Shown one piece after another: positions 41,653 through 52,617 of a stretch of DNA of 64,000 bases. The first letter of the stretch is position 1. Each line of letters starts with the position of its first letter. Origin of the DNA: the human T2T-CHM13v2.0 reference genome, Homo sapiens; NCBI RefSeq assembly GCF_009914755.1, contig NC_060935.1. One strand, written 5' to 3'. Below the pieces are notes generated by a model. The model searched no databases and was not told the DNA's origin. It was given only the letters and a program-made list of their open reading frames with translations. Position numbers and translations under genes: made by a program.

Positions 41653-44084
41653 GTAAGACAAATATTTGGCTCCAAATCCAGAGATAGAATCTCTTATTAC
41701 CACAGAGGCACCATAATCCCTTTTAGAACAGGTACATCTCAAACTTTAATTTACATGTGAATCATCCCCAAGTGGTACTGATGCTGTTTGTCTATGGCAT
41801 ACACTTTGTGTAGCAGAGTGTAAGTCAGAACACCTAGGTTCTTGTTTAGGTCATAGACTATAAAAATAAGCACTGAGATCTTGGCTAAAAGTTATGTCGT
41901 CCCTGGTGAAGAGTTTCTTATCTATGGAATATCTATTTTGCCTAAATGTGCAGTTATGAAGATTCAGGTGGCATAAATATATCCAAAAACAAGATGGAAA
42001 CCACAGTATGGGCTTAAGATGTTATCATAGACATTGAGAAGCTTTTTTTTTTCTAGAATATTTGTTTTTATAAATTTGAACAGTGGAAAAGAAGCTACAG
42101 ATGATTAGACTGTAATCAAGAGTCATCTTTGGTATTTGGTTCCATTTGTTCTTCAGAAGGGTATGACTCATCGAGATTGCTTCCTTTATGTTTCCTATTT
42201 GTAAGCCATGTTAGGTAAAAGCATGTGCTTGTTATGAAGGCCTAGGGAGGAATTAGAGTTCAGGCTTTGAGTCATTGGCTAGTTCTTCAGCCATGTTTTA
42301 GCTTCTTCTACCCTTTCCATAATCACACTAGACTTCTGTGGAGCTTTTAAGATTTAGCACTTGAGGTTTGATGGGATGCTCAGATCCTGGTACTGTATTT
42401 TTGTGTTTGAAAAGAGTTGTGGGTTTAGGCTCTTACCTTTGTTAGTTGGATAGCCCATGGTTGTCATTTTGCCTTTTGTGGCACCTGCTACAGCTTGGAT
42501 CTTCAGAGAAGATTATTTTCCCTGTTACTGATTTTTTTTTTTCCTAGTTCAGACTTGTTTTGAAAAGATTGGCTCTGAAGAATCAACCTTTCCAGGTTCT
42601 TAAAACTAGTGAAGACATTTTGTCATCTGTGCTCCCTGTCCCACTATTCCCCACCTCCCAGTCCTCTGAAAAGGCCTCTGCCATTTTAATTGTAACATGT
42701 GATTGGGGAGTAAAATTCTTTACGTGTGGAAATTCTGTCTTTTCAGTGCCAAATTTCTTGTGAACCTGTGAATTCTGGACTTTGAATGGGTTTTTTTTTT
42801 TCTTTTTCTTCCTTTTTTTTTTTTTTTTTGGCTTTCAGTCTTTTAATAGTTGCCATTTTCAAGCCTCTTGGTTTGGCCATGGGTGATAATATATGTGTTT
42901 ACTGTTGAATTTCTTAATTCAACAGTGCATTTTTTAAATTTAAGAGGACAAAAACATTGGTGCCAGTTTTTTCCTCCTCTTTCTGCCCCAAAAGAAAAAA
43001 GTCAAACGTCTTTGTGAGAGTGAGAGTTCATTGGGAATTTGTGGGTAATTATTTATTGCTTTGTTTAAAATATAGTACTCGAGTTTTGGCCAGGTGTGTG
43101 ATGTGGACTTTTTTGCACTCCTGTCTCCAGACAGGACTGTTAAGAGCCTTGGATGCAGCAGTGAAAACTGTGCTCACATTGCACTTTTTTTTTTTTTTTA
43201 AAGGTTTTTGGTCCAAGCTCAACCTAATGAATCTTGGCTTTGGTTACCAACAAAGGAGTTCTGCTTTCCTCTCTCTGCTCAGACTGTTCCAAATGTACCA
43301 GCATAGGGGGCTTGCCCTGTCCTGTGCTGGATCAGATTTGTTCTATGGGTTTAGAAAGCTCATCTTTCTCTCTTTGTGACTTTGCAGCAGAAATTGGGTA
43401 GTTGGGCCCCTGAGATAAGTTTGGAGTAGACTTCTGGACAAGGGAATGGGTTTCTAAGAGCAAAGCAGTTAAGTGGAAAAGAAATCTGATGTTACCCACG
43501 AAAACCAGGTTTGTTTGCCTTTTTTTAATGGCAACCCAGAAAAGTGGCATGTTGTTCAGCTAAAATAAAGGCCCTATATTTTTAATGGAGACCTCCTTTT
43601 TTCTGGGGTTTGCGGTAGCTACAGCTTTGAATATAGAAATATTCCTTTTAGTTCTTACAGTATACTGAATATGCTGCTAAAGAAATTTTGTTGGTGCTGC
43701 CCTGACTGTTTTTTAACTCCCCTGAGCAATGTCTCACACAAAATTGGCAATGAGACAGCCATTGATTTCATTAATAAGTAATGAAATAATGAGCTAATTG
43801 ATGCTGAAGTATAATGTAGACATGCTGCCATTTGAGTACAGAATATAGCTTATGAAGGAGCAAAGTCTTATACCACCAACTAGTAGAAAGTAATTTCCTT
43901 TCTGTATCTGTAGATGGCTCTTCAGACTTTTCTAATTTAAGATATTGAATAAATAACAGCTCGTAATTTTGTCCCATTAATTCAGTTACATAATGCTTTT
44001 GAAGATGCATGTGAGATGGAGGTGGTGTTCTGGGGTCTAATTGCTGAACGAATAGGTATGCCATGGGAATTCTCTAATTATCTT

Positions 44085-44252
44085 AGAGCAACATTTCTCA
44101 AACTTTGCCGGCTATGTGCATTACTTGAAGATCTTGCTAAAATTGAAATTCTGCATCAGTAGGCCAGGAGTGGGAACTGAGAGTGCATTCCTAATAAGCT
44201 CATGGGAGATTCTGTTGCCTCTGGTGTGCGGAGCACAATTTGAGTAGTAAGG
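44085..44252. mobile_element. MER5-family hAT-Charlie MITE
   Basis: tttctcaaacttt...tcagtaggccaggagtggg..ctgagagtgcattcctaataagctc...acaatttgagtag. Confidence 0.7.
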
Positions 44253-44477
44253 CCTTTCAGAATACTTAATATATATCTAAAATTTATCAGTATTTTTTAG
44301 CCTCTAAGTGAACATCAAAGTGAATTCTGGGCTCTTACAAAATTAAAGACAAACTCTGGGAACTCTCTGGGAAGGGATTGTTGATTATGCAGCCTTAATG
44401 GGATTAGCTGGATAAGAGGGACGGAATGCTCCAGTGGCAATTGCACTTCAACATTTAAAACAGGGAAGGAGAGAACA

Positions 44478-44657
44478 TTAATTCCCAGAGTGTGGTCCCC
44501 AGACCAGCAGCATCAGCATTATCTGGGAGCATGTTAGAGAAGCAAATTCTCAGGTCCCACCCCAGATCTGCTGAGTCTGAAACTTGAGAAACAGAATCTG
44601 GCAATCTATGTTTTAACAAGCCCTCCAGGTGGTTCTGATGCACAGTAAAGTTTGAGA
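44478..44657. mobile_element. MER5A, opposite orientation to the 44085 copy
   Basis: gtgtggtccccagaccagcagcatcagcat...aaattctcaggtcccaccccaga...ttttaacaagccctccaggtggttctgatgcac..taaagtttgaga. Confidence 0.85.
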
Positions 44658-45940
44658 TGATATCTTAAGTAGCAGAGTAGGTATTGGGACACACATACAT
44701 TTGATTCCAAAGCTTATGCCTCTAGAACAATTTGATATATTTTATTAGAAAGAATTATCAATAAAAGCTCAAGACTGTCATTGTTCTTTAATGGAAAAAA
44801 AAACCTTTTACTTTAATCATTTGAGCATTTATTATGCATATTAGGTTACGCTTTTCAGCTAAGAACAAGCTCTTTTCCTTCAATGTTTCTCTATCGCTTG
44901 CTGCAACCAGGAAGGCTGAGAAAGAATTTAGATAGCATTGGTTATACAGCTGCCACAGCTCTCTAAAATTACAGAAAGGTGGCATGCTGTTTCTTGTGGT
45001 TGGTATATGTGTTGCAGTAGTGTAGATCCTCCTCGGTTATGTGACGTCATGGCTGGAAGCCACTATCTGTGCCTGTGTCCTTTGGGGCTTGCTCATAATG
45101 ACTGCTTACTGTTATAGTTCTTTTCCAAGTTTCCCTTGGGAAGGGTTCAGTGAGTTTTAATAGCAGGGGAAAAGCAATTTATGCCTTCGGCTGATAGGGA
45201 GTAAGAAAACTGGTAACTTTGTTTCTCAATTTATCACTGTCATTCCTTTAACACGTGTGTCATCCGATAGCATTTGCTTGAGATAGTTAACCTTCATGAT
45301 ACAGACTACTACTAAATTTTGGGTTAATTTGCAGCCATTAAGAACTAAGAACCGAACAGTTGAGTAACTAATCTTCAATTCTCTGTACCTAGGATGTGCA
45401 GAGAGTGGGTGGCATCAGGATAGAGCTAGACAGGAGGGTCCATGGTGACCTTGGTTAAACAGAATGGAGGCAGGCAAATAGGCCAGCAGTTTAAGACCAG
45501 TAACGGGAATAGGCAGGCATTGTAGGTCAGAGAGGTGATACTTAAGAAGCCAGTCAAAGCATGGAGTTAGAAGTAAGTGTTTAAGATATAGACAATTCGG
45601 ATATAGAGTTCAGGAAGTTAGCCAGCATAGGCCAGGACCCAAATAAAGGATTTAGACAATTCACTGATAAAGGGCCATTTAAAGGCATGGGATATAGCTG
45701 TGAGGGAGAAAAGTGAACGTTAATTCTAAGCATCAAATAGAGACTGTGTGAGCTCAGGATCCCACATAGTTCCTACCTTAGGCTAGATCTGATCTCCCAG
45801 TGGGAGAAAGATTGAGTCCTAAGTAAGCATATTTGCCTTGATCAGAGTCTGAAATGATTGGGGTTAGCAAGACATCCCATTTTCTTCATAGAGTAAATGA
45901 TTCAGCCCACCCATGTTCCATTTTTTTCTCATCCTACCAG

Positions 45941-46143
45941 TGACTGAAAAAGTCTACGAGAGTGAATCCTGCACAGATAGTGAAGAGGAGCTTAACATGA
46001 AGACATCCTCAGTACACAGACCCCCTGCCATGACTGTGAAAAAAGAACCCAGAGAGGAACGAAAGGGCCCCAAGAAAGGGACTGCTGCTCTGGGCAAAGC
46101 CAACAGACAGGTGTCCATTACTGGCTTCTTCCAGAGGAAATAA
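45941..46143 (+). CDS. POLD3: POLD3 exon 12 coding part (203 nt incl. TAA): VTEKVYESESCTDSEEE...KANRQVSITGFFQRK*, C-terminal PCNA-binding PIP box
   Basis: Acceptor tttctcatcctaccag|TG; canonical PIP box QxxIxxFF; TAA at 46141-46143; ORF 45913..46143. Confidence 0.97.
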
Positions 46144-48100
46144 ACTGCCATCTCTGGTAGATCAGAGACTTGGAGTGGTCAAGGGAGAAGACCAAGAAAT
46201 GTACTCCTCACTTACTATGTAAGTTCATCTAGATCTCCACCTCACCTGTATCAAAAGACTGTTCTTTCATCCTGTGAGGTTTATACTATTTCTGGTTTTT
46301 AACCAAAAGGAAATCATCTGGAAGCAGGAGGCAAAAAGCTGTTACCTTCTAATGACATTTAAAAAGCACAGTCTTTGACCTGTCCAGGAGAAGGATTTAC
46401 TCCAAAATTATACTGGAACAGTTTTCAGAATTCTCACTGAAGCCATTTAGTGGCTAACCCACTGTGCTCCACTCACCCTATGCCCTGGTCCGCATATGGC
46501 ACAGGAATTATTCCTTCTTGTTCCTCTGTATTCTAAGAATTCATGTGGGTGTTTCTTATCCTTACATTCTGCTGGATACGTTTACCCCTCTTGTCTTCCT
46601 GCAGTACCACACTTCTGTCCCCTAACCTCCTGAGGCTGTTCTCTGTAAGTCTTTTAAGTTTTGGTTGGACTAAAGGCTGAAGTGAAAATCTCCCTGTAAT
46701 CCTCTTCCTCCATTATGCAGTACACGGACACCTGGCTACAGACCAGGACGTGGCTTGTGTTCTGTTCCTTTCACAAAAGCTCTCTGGGACCTTCACTTGC
46801 AATTAGTGGTTAGGGAAAAGCCTCAGGCAGAACACAAATAGAAATTTAATGATGTGTTCAACTCCACCAGAAATTACCTCGAGTCAGCATTGACGATATT
46901 GGAGGAGCTGCCGTGCTGCTGATACGGGGTGTGCTTTATGCTGCTCTTTGCGGTTTGTTGATCCCCTCCTCCCCCACTCTCAATACCTAGAGAGTGAAAC
47001 CCGTACAATGAGATAAAGACTAAAAAGAGAAATCCCTTCCTATATACAGTGTGCTACATTTACAAAAAATTTCTCCTTAAGAAAACAGAATATTCAAAAA
47101 CAGCACTTTTCCAGGAAGTTAGTGAGGAAGATAAGGCACACATTTATTTATAAATGGATGTTGCTCCTTTGTATTTTTAGCTTCCCTATTTGCTTAAAAG
47201 TACAGGCTCCCTAAGAGAGGATGGAGAGGGAGAGACTGAATTGTTAGTAGGTCTAAACATCAAAGAAAACATTTTTATTAGTTACTTATGGAAAATCATC
47301 TATTACAATGATAACCTTCAAGTGACTTCCATTATGGCTGGACAGGCGGTGAGCTCAGTGGATTGCAGTGGTGTGCTGGTGATTTTGCACAGTGAGCTCT
47401 GCGGAAGGGGTCAGGCTCAACTGCTGATGTGTCTCACACGTAGCAGACAAGGGGTGTCTGACTGGCTTCTTTTGCCTCAAGATGGTGTATGTCGTAAGTG
47501 ATGCAATCAGCTGTCTGCTTTTTAAGGTTGGGATTGTGCTGACTTTGGGATTAACATGAGCTTCTTTAGCAACCAAGCATGAACTTGATTAAGACCAGAA
47601 GTTTGGGAGATGAGTCCTGGCATTATGTCTAGGACTAAAGCAGTGGCTTTGTATAGCAAGCTGAGTAAAGGTTGACATATTCCAAAACCCTTCTTTTTAA
47701 AATGAAAAAGGATGGAGAGAAGGATGGAAAGCCTGGACTTAAACCTTTAGAAAAAACTTCTGGAGAGAAATCCCTTTTAAACAGTTACTTTTGTCATTGC
47801 CTCTGGTCATTTGTCTAAATAGGAATGGAAAATTAAAAGAAAAGCAACAATCCAATCTTTTTTCTAAAAATTATGCTGGGGTCTCGACTAAAACTGAATT
47901 TGAATTGGAAAATTCTGGTGTTGGTTGGAGTTCCATCTTGCAAGGGATAATACAAATCCTATGATCTCTATGCCCAATATGCTGCCTCAACTCTGAGCTG
48001 TCTGCAAGGCTTAGTAAGTATTGAGTGGTGTTTTTTTTTTCTTTTTATACAATACCATGTTAACCACATGAGTTAAATAAATTTGAGAAGTTGTTTTAAA
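46144..48100 (+). other. POLD3: POLD3 3' UTR (~1.95 kb; end approximate)
   Basis: Apparently repeat-free sequence from the stop codon to a U-rich stretch followed by AATAAA. Confidence 0.75.
48076..48081 (+). terminator. Polyadenylation signal AATAAA (main distal site of POLD3)
   Basis: AATAAA preceded by a U-rich tract (48031-48046) and followed by GU/U-containing sequence. Alternatives are ATTAAA at 47832 and AATAAA at 48414. Confidence 0.7.
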
Positions 48101-50849
48101 ACAGTGCTTCAAACTGAGTATCTGATGAGTCTCTTATTTGATGGATGGTAACAGTGTTGCAATTATTTAAGCTCTGAATGGGAAGAAGGCTGGTTTTCAG
48201 TTGATATTGTTAAAACTGCATACCCACAGTCTGAGATGAACAAGTTATTTGCTGCCTTCATCGTTTTTTTCAGCACTGGGGAAATGTTAGTTTCAGCCAA
48301 CCTCATTTTTTAGTTCATCTAGAAGAAAATCTAGCACATTGTATTAGTTTGGCTTCATCACTTGCTAGCTGTATGACTGTGGGCAAGTTTCACAGCCTCA
48401 AGTTCTTTATCAAAATAAAACTAAAATGAGTTACCAAGGGTGTCAAGACTAAAGTCAAGTGTATGTAGCATGAATTCGGTCCATGTTGGCGGTCACATAC
48501 GCGCTCTACAAAATGGTGGCTTTCTTTCTGATGTCATAAGTGATGTAATCAGCTAGCAACTTCCTGAAATGTTATCAGTTATACGACCCAGGTGGTATAT
48601 TCTTCAGTCATTCTGGCTGTACATGTAGTAAAAAGGGGAAGATAGTTGTCCTATTTCATGAAAGGTTTAAAGAGAGTAGATATTTTCCTACTGAAGGAAT
48701 TATAGATGCCTATATTTACTGTTCATTTATTGTGTATCTACTATGTGTCAAGCCCATGACCTGGGGACTAGAGGATATAATAGAAACCATAGAATTTGGC
48801 ACTTGATCCTCACAATTTAGTGGAAGGGAAAGCCAGTAAAATGAAATGACAGTGCCATATGTGAGTGCAATGTACAGGGTCCTCCAAGAGTTCCCAGGAG
48901 GATGGGTATCAAGGCAGTCTTCCTGGAGCAAGCAGTTCTTTGAATGATGAGCAGGATTTCACCCAGCAAAGAGGAATGGAAATGACTTTCCAGGCAGAGG
49001 AGCATGGCTTTTGGGAGAGGTGGGCTGTAGAACTTGAGAATAGGGAGGAAAATGTATTCAGAAATGAAGTTGGGGCCTTGCTAAGCAGTTTGGATTTGAT
49101 TTGTAGATAATGGGGGCCAACTGAAGAAATTTAAGAAGAGTAACAGAAGTTGGTTCTCAGTTAAGAGTGACAGCCAGTATTTACTTTGATTTTGTATCCA
49201 TGATAGTATTTCTACCCTTGCATATGCACATTGTATCTTAAAATTCTAGCGGGATTAAAGAAAACCATCTTGGTTAAAACAAGGCCGCTTAATTCTGGCA
49301 GTCAGCATAGACAATTGCAGTGTTTCCCTTGTCTTCCCCCGTCAACATAGATTTCTGTAGCAGAATCAATTTTTTAAAGTGATTTCAAAAGCTGGTATTT
49401 CTTCTTTGACACTCTCAGTGATGAGCCTCCACTCACCTCCCTGGAAAAAACTGGGAATTCAGGGGCAGAGGGGGCTGGTAAACGAGTGAAACAGTTCTCT
49501 ATTCCTTTTCTATCTTTGTTTCTTTAAGAAGACATTAGTTATTATACAGGAGAGGGCTGAAGAGAAGGGCCATATAAGGAAACTAAATAGTTTCTCCAGG
49601 ACATGAGTAGAATGAGTGCCTAATAATGTATTTGCCAGAAACGTACTCTGTGTCAAGACTCGTTTTGGTAAACTTGTCTCCTTTCATTGGTTCCAGGATC
49701 TCAGTATGCTGTAATGCAGCTTTTACCACCATGAAACATTTTGGGGCTGCCTCGTTTTGTTGTGAGAAGGCAGTATTGCTTTCTGAGTTATTGCCCTGGC
49801 AGCTCTGTAAATTAGCCCATGCTGTCACCATGCCCTCTCTGAAGGGCACATTGTGCCCAAATGACTGCATTTAGGATTGACTCTTACCACTCCCTGCTGC
49901 ATGACACTTTTCTCCACTTGTATCTGTGTCCAGTTTTTTGTGTTCTTAGGTGCGGACCACCCACAGATTACCACCCAGGCTCTTTAGCCAGAGAAACTTG
50001 GTAAGGCTTCTGATCCAATATTTTTCCATTGGATCAGAATCCACCTTAACTCTACAATTCCCCTTCTACTTCAAACCCTTAATGTTTTCTGAACACCCAT
50101 TCCCCTTAACTGTTCTCATTTTCTCTTTCCAGACTCCATGTTTCTTGAGGTTTCACCTTGGCTCCCTGTACCTACTTTCTTAATATTCAGAGTTCTTCAT
50201 GGCTGGTTCTTCAGCTTCATTCTTTTGGTGTTTTAGGCTTTCTCAAGGCTCTTCATGGCATGTCTTTTACCGGACTGCTCTTGAAGAATGGAAAAACTAC
50301 TTTGTTTAGTGTCTGTTTGGGATCAGTCAGATCCAAAGCATAAAGCAGTTATTGGAAGCTAGTTATGTTTAGTCCTGGATAAAATACTTTGGGGATTGTA
50401 AGAGCCCGTAAGTTACCATTTTGGAGTGACAAGACAAACATACTAAATAGCATTTAGCATTTGACACAATGCTTAGATGAGTGATAGACATGGGACTTAA
50501 TAATTTAGGAATGAATTAGGATAATCATTATGGGCAAAATATTATATTCCTATGCAAAGAACAATAAAAGATTTAAAGAAAGAAACAGGCTGAGGTAGGC
50601 TAACCATTTTATTGGGTGTTATTCAGCTATTTGAACTTCACTTGCCACTTGTACATTCACGGTGTAAGTAAACCATGATTTAGTGAATCTTTAATTAATG
50701 GAGTTATTTCTGTTGTGCTTTAAGCATGAGAGTATTGACGAGAAAGCAAGCAGTTATCAGGAATTACTTCAAAAGGCAGTTTATACAATATAAAGTCTGT
50801 ATAGGCTCCACTCAGTTTTGTACACACTCAACAATTTTGACCTACTAGG

Positions 50850-51265
50850 GAGGCAGGATGCCGGGATGGAAACAACACAGGCTTTAGAGACAGAGGGCAC
50901 TGGATGCAAACCCTGTCTGAGGCACTGACCTTAAGCAAGATATGCATCCTCTCTGAACTTGTTTCCTCATCTTTAAAAATGAGCTACCCACCTACCTTAA
51001 AGGGTTGCTTTAGGGCGTTAATGAAATAATGCATGGGCAGTCCCCAGTATTTTGACACCTATTAAACTAATACAAAGCAGAGTAACTCACATTTACCTCT
51101 TTTAATCCTCATAGCAGCCCTGTGAGATAGGTACTTTTATTCCCATTTTGCACATGAGAAAACTGCGGCAAAGGGGTTAAGTAACCTGCCCAAGGTCAGA
51201 GCCACGATATAAATCATGACAATTTGGCTTCATTGCCCTCAGTCTTAACCACTGTGCTATATTGC
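50850..51265. mobile_element. Two MIRs tail-to-tail (+ 50850-51075, - 51085-51265)
   Basis: gtttcctcatctttaaaaatg and cccattttgcacatgagaaaactg cores. Confidence 0.65.
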
Positions 51266-51316
51266 CTCTTGGCTATGTATTAGTTCATACTTCCATACCG
51301 CCCAGTGATGATTGAT

Positions 51317-51649
51317 GTTTTTTTTTTTTTTTTAAGACAGAGTCTCGCTCTGTCACCCAGGCTGGAGTGCAGAGGCACAATCTCGGCTCACTGCAACCTG
51401 TGCTTTCTAGGTTCAAGCGATTCTCTGCAACCTCCGCTTCCCAGGTTCAAGCGATTCTCCTGCCTCAGCCTCCCGAGTAGCTGGGACTACAGGCGCATGC
51501 CACCACACCTGGCTAATTTTTGTATTTTTAGTAGAGACGGGGTTTCACCACGTTGGCCAGGCTGGTCTCAAACTCCTGACCTCAGGTGATCTGCCTGCCT
51601 CGGCCTCCCAAAGAGCTGGGATTACAGGTGTGAGCCACCGCGCCCGGCC
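51317..51649 (-). mobile_element. AluS with internal 34-bp tandem duplication
   Basis: Antisense Alu; ctgcaacct...caagcgattct occurs twice (51391-51458). Confidence 0.88.
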
Positions 51650-52275
51650 TGATTTTCATTTTTATAAGTGAAAGTGCAGCTGGTTGTTGAGATCCCAGAT
51701 TGTCAGATTTGAAGGCAATCTTAATGCTTATTCAAATCAACCTCTTATCTGATGTCTGCATCTTCTCTACAGCATCCCTGCCAAGTGGTCTGGAATCTAT
51801 AAACAAAGATTCAATTATGTTCAGTATACCATACTTAACTAAATTACAAAGTTAGATAAGTAGGCTAATAAATGTTAAGAATTTAAAGAGAGGCTGGACT
51901 AAAATTAAGTTTTCTGATTAATTTTAGATCACCAGGAAACTTCCAAATAGAGCATACTGCTGTAAGCAGTCCATTTAATTGCTTTCAGTTTAAGTCGAGA
52001 ACATTGTTTTCCTTGAAAAAGCTTGTCTGATTCTTGGCCTTGCCTCTGACTTAACATTTATAAGAAAATCAAGAGGACATTTGGCATTTGTGCCCTGTTT
52101 AAGCTATGCTACAGGTTCATAGGTTGAAAAGTGGTCCTGGGGTGCTTGCAAGTGGGTTAGGCCAGGGTGGTGTTCTCCACTTTGAATGTCAGAGCCTTGT
52201 TTTCCTAGGATACTTGGTTTCAAGCTTATAAGGTATGTGAAGATTACATAAACATAGCATAATGACGGTACAGTG

Positions 52276-52617
52276 CAGTGGTCCCCAACCTTTTTGGCAC
52301 CAGGGACCGGTTTCATGGAAGACAATTTTTCCATGGCCAGATAGGGGAGATGGTTTCGGGGTGAAACTGTTCCACCTCAGATCATCAGGCATTAGTTAGA
52401 TTCGCATAAGGAGTACACAACCTAGATCCTTGCATGTGCAGTTGACAATAGGGTTTGTGCTCCTGTGAGCATCTAATGCTGCAGTTGATCTGACAGGAGG
52501 CGGAGCTCAGGCAGTAATGCTCTTTGCCCGCCTGCTGCTCACCTCCTGCTGTGCAGCTAGGTTTCTAGCAGGCCACAGACCAGAACCAGTCCGCAGCCCG
52601 GGGGTTGGGGACCCCTG
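52276..52617 (-). mobile_element. MER1B with 8-bp TSD gtacagtg / gtatagta
   Basis: cagtggtccccaacctttttggcaccagggaccgg...ggggttggggacccctg. Confidence 0.9.
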
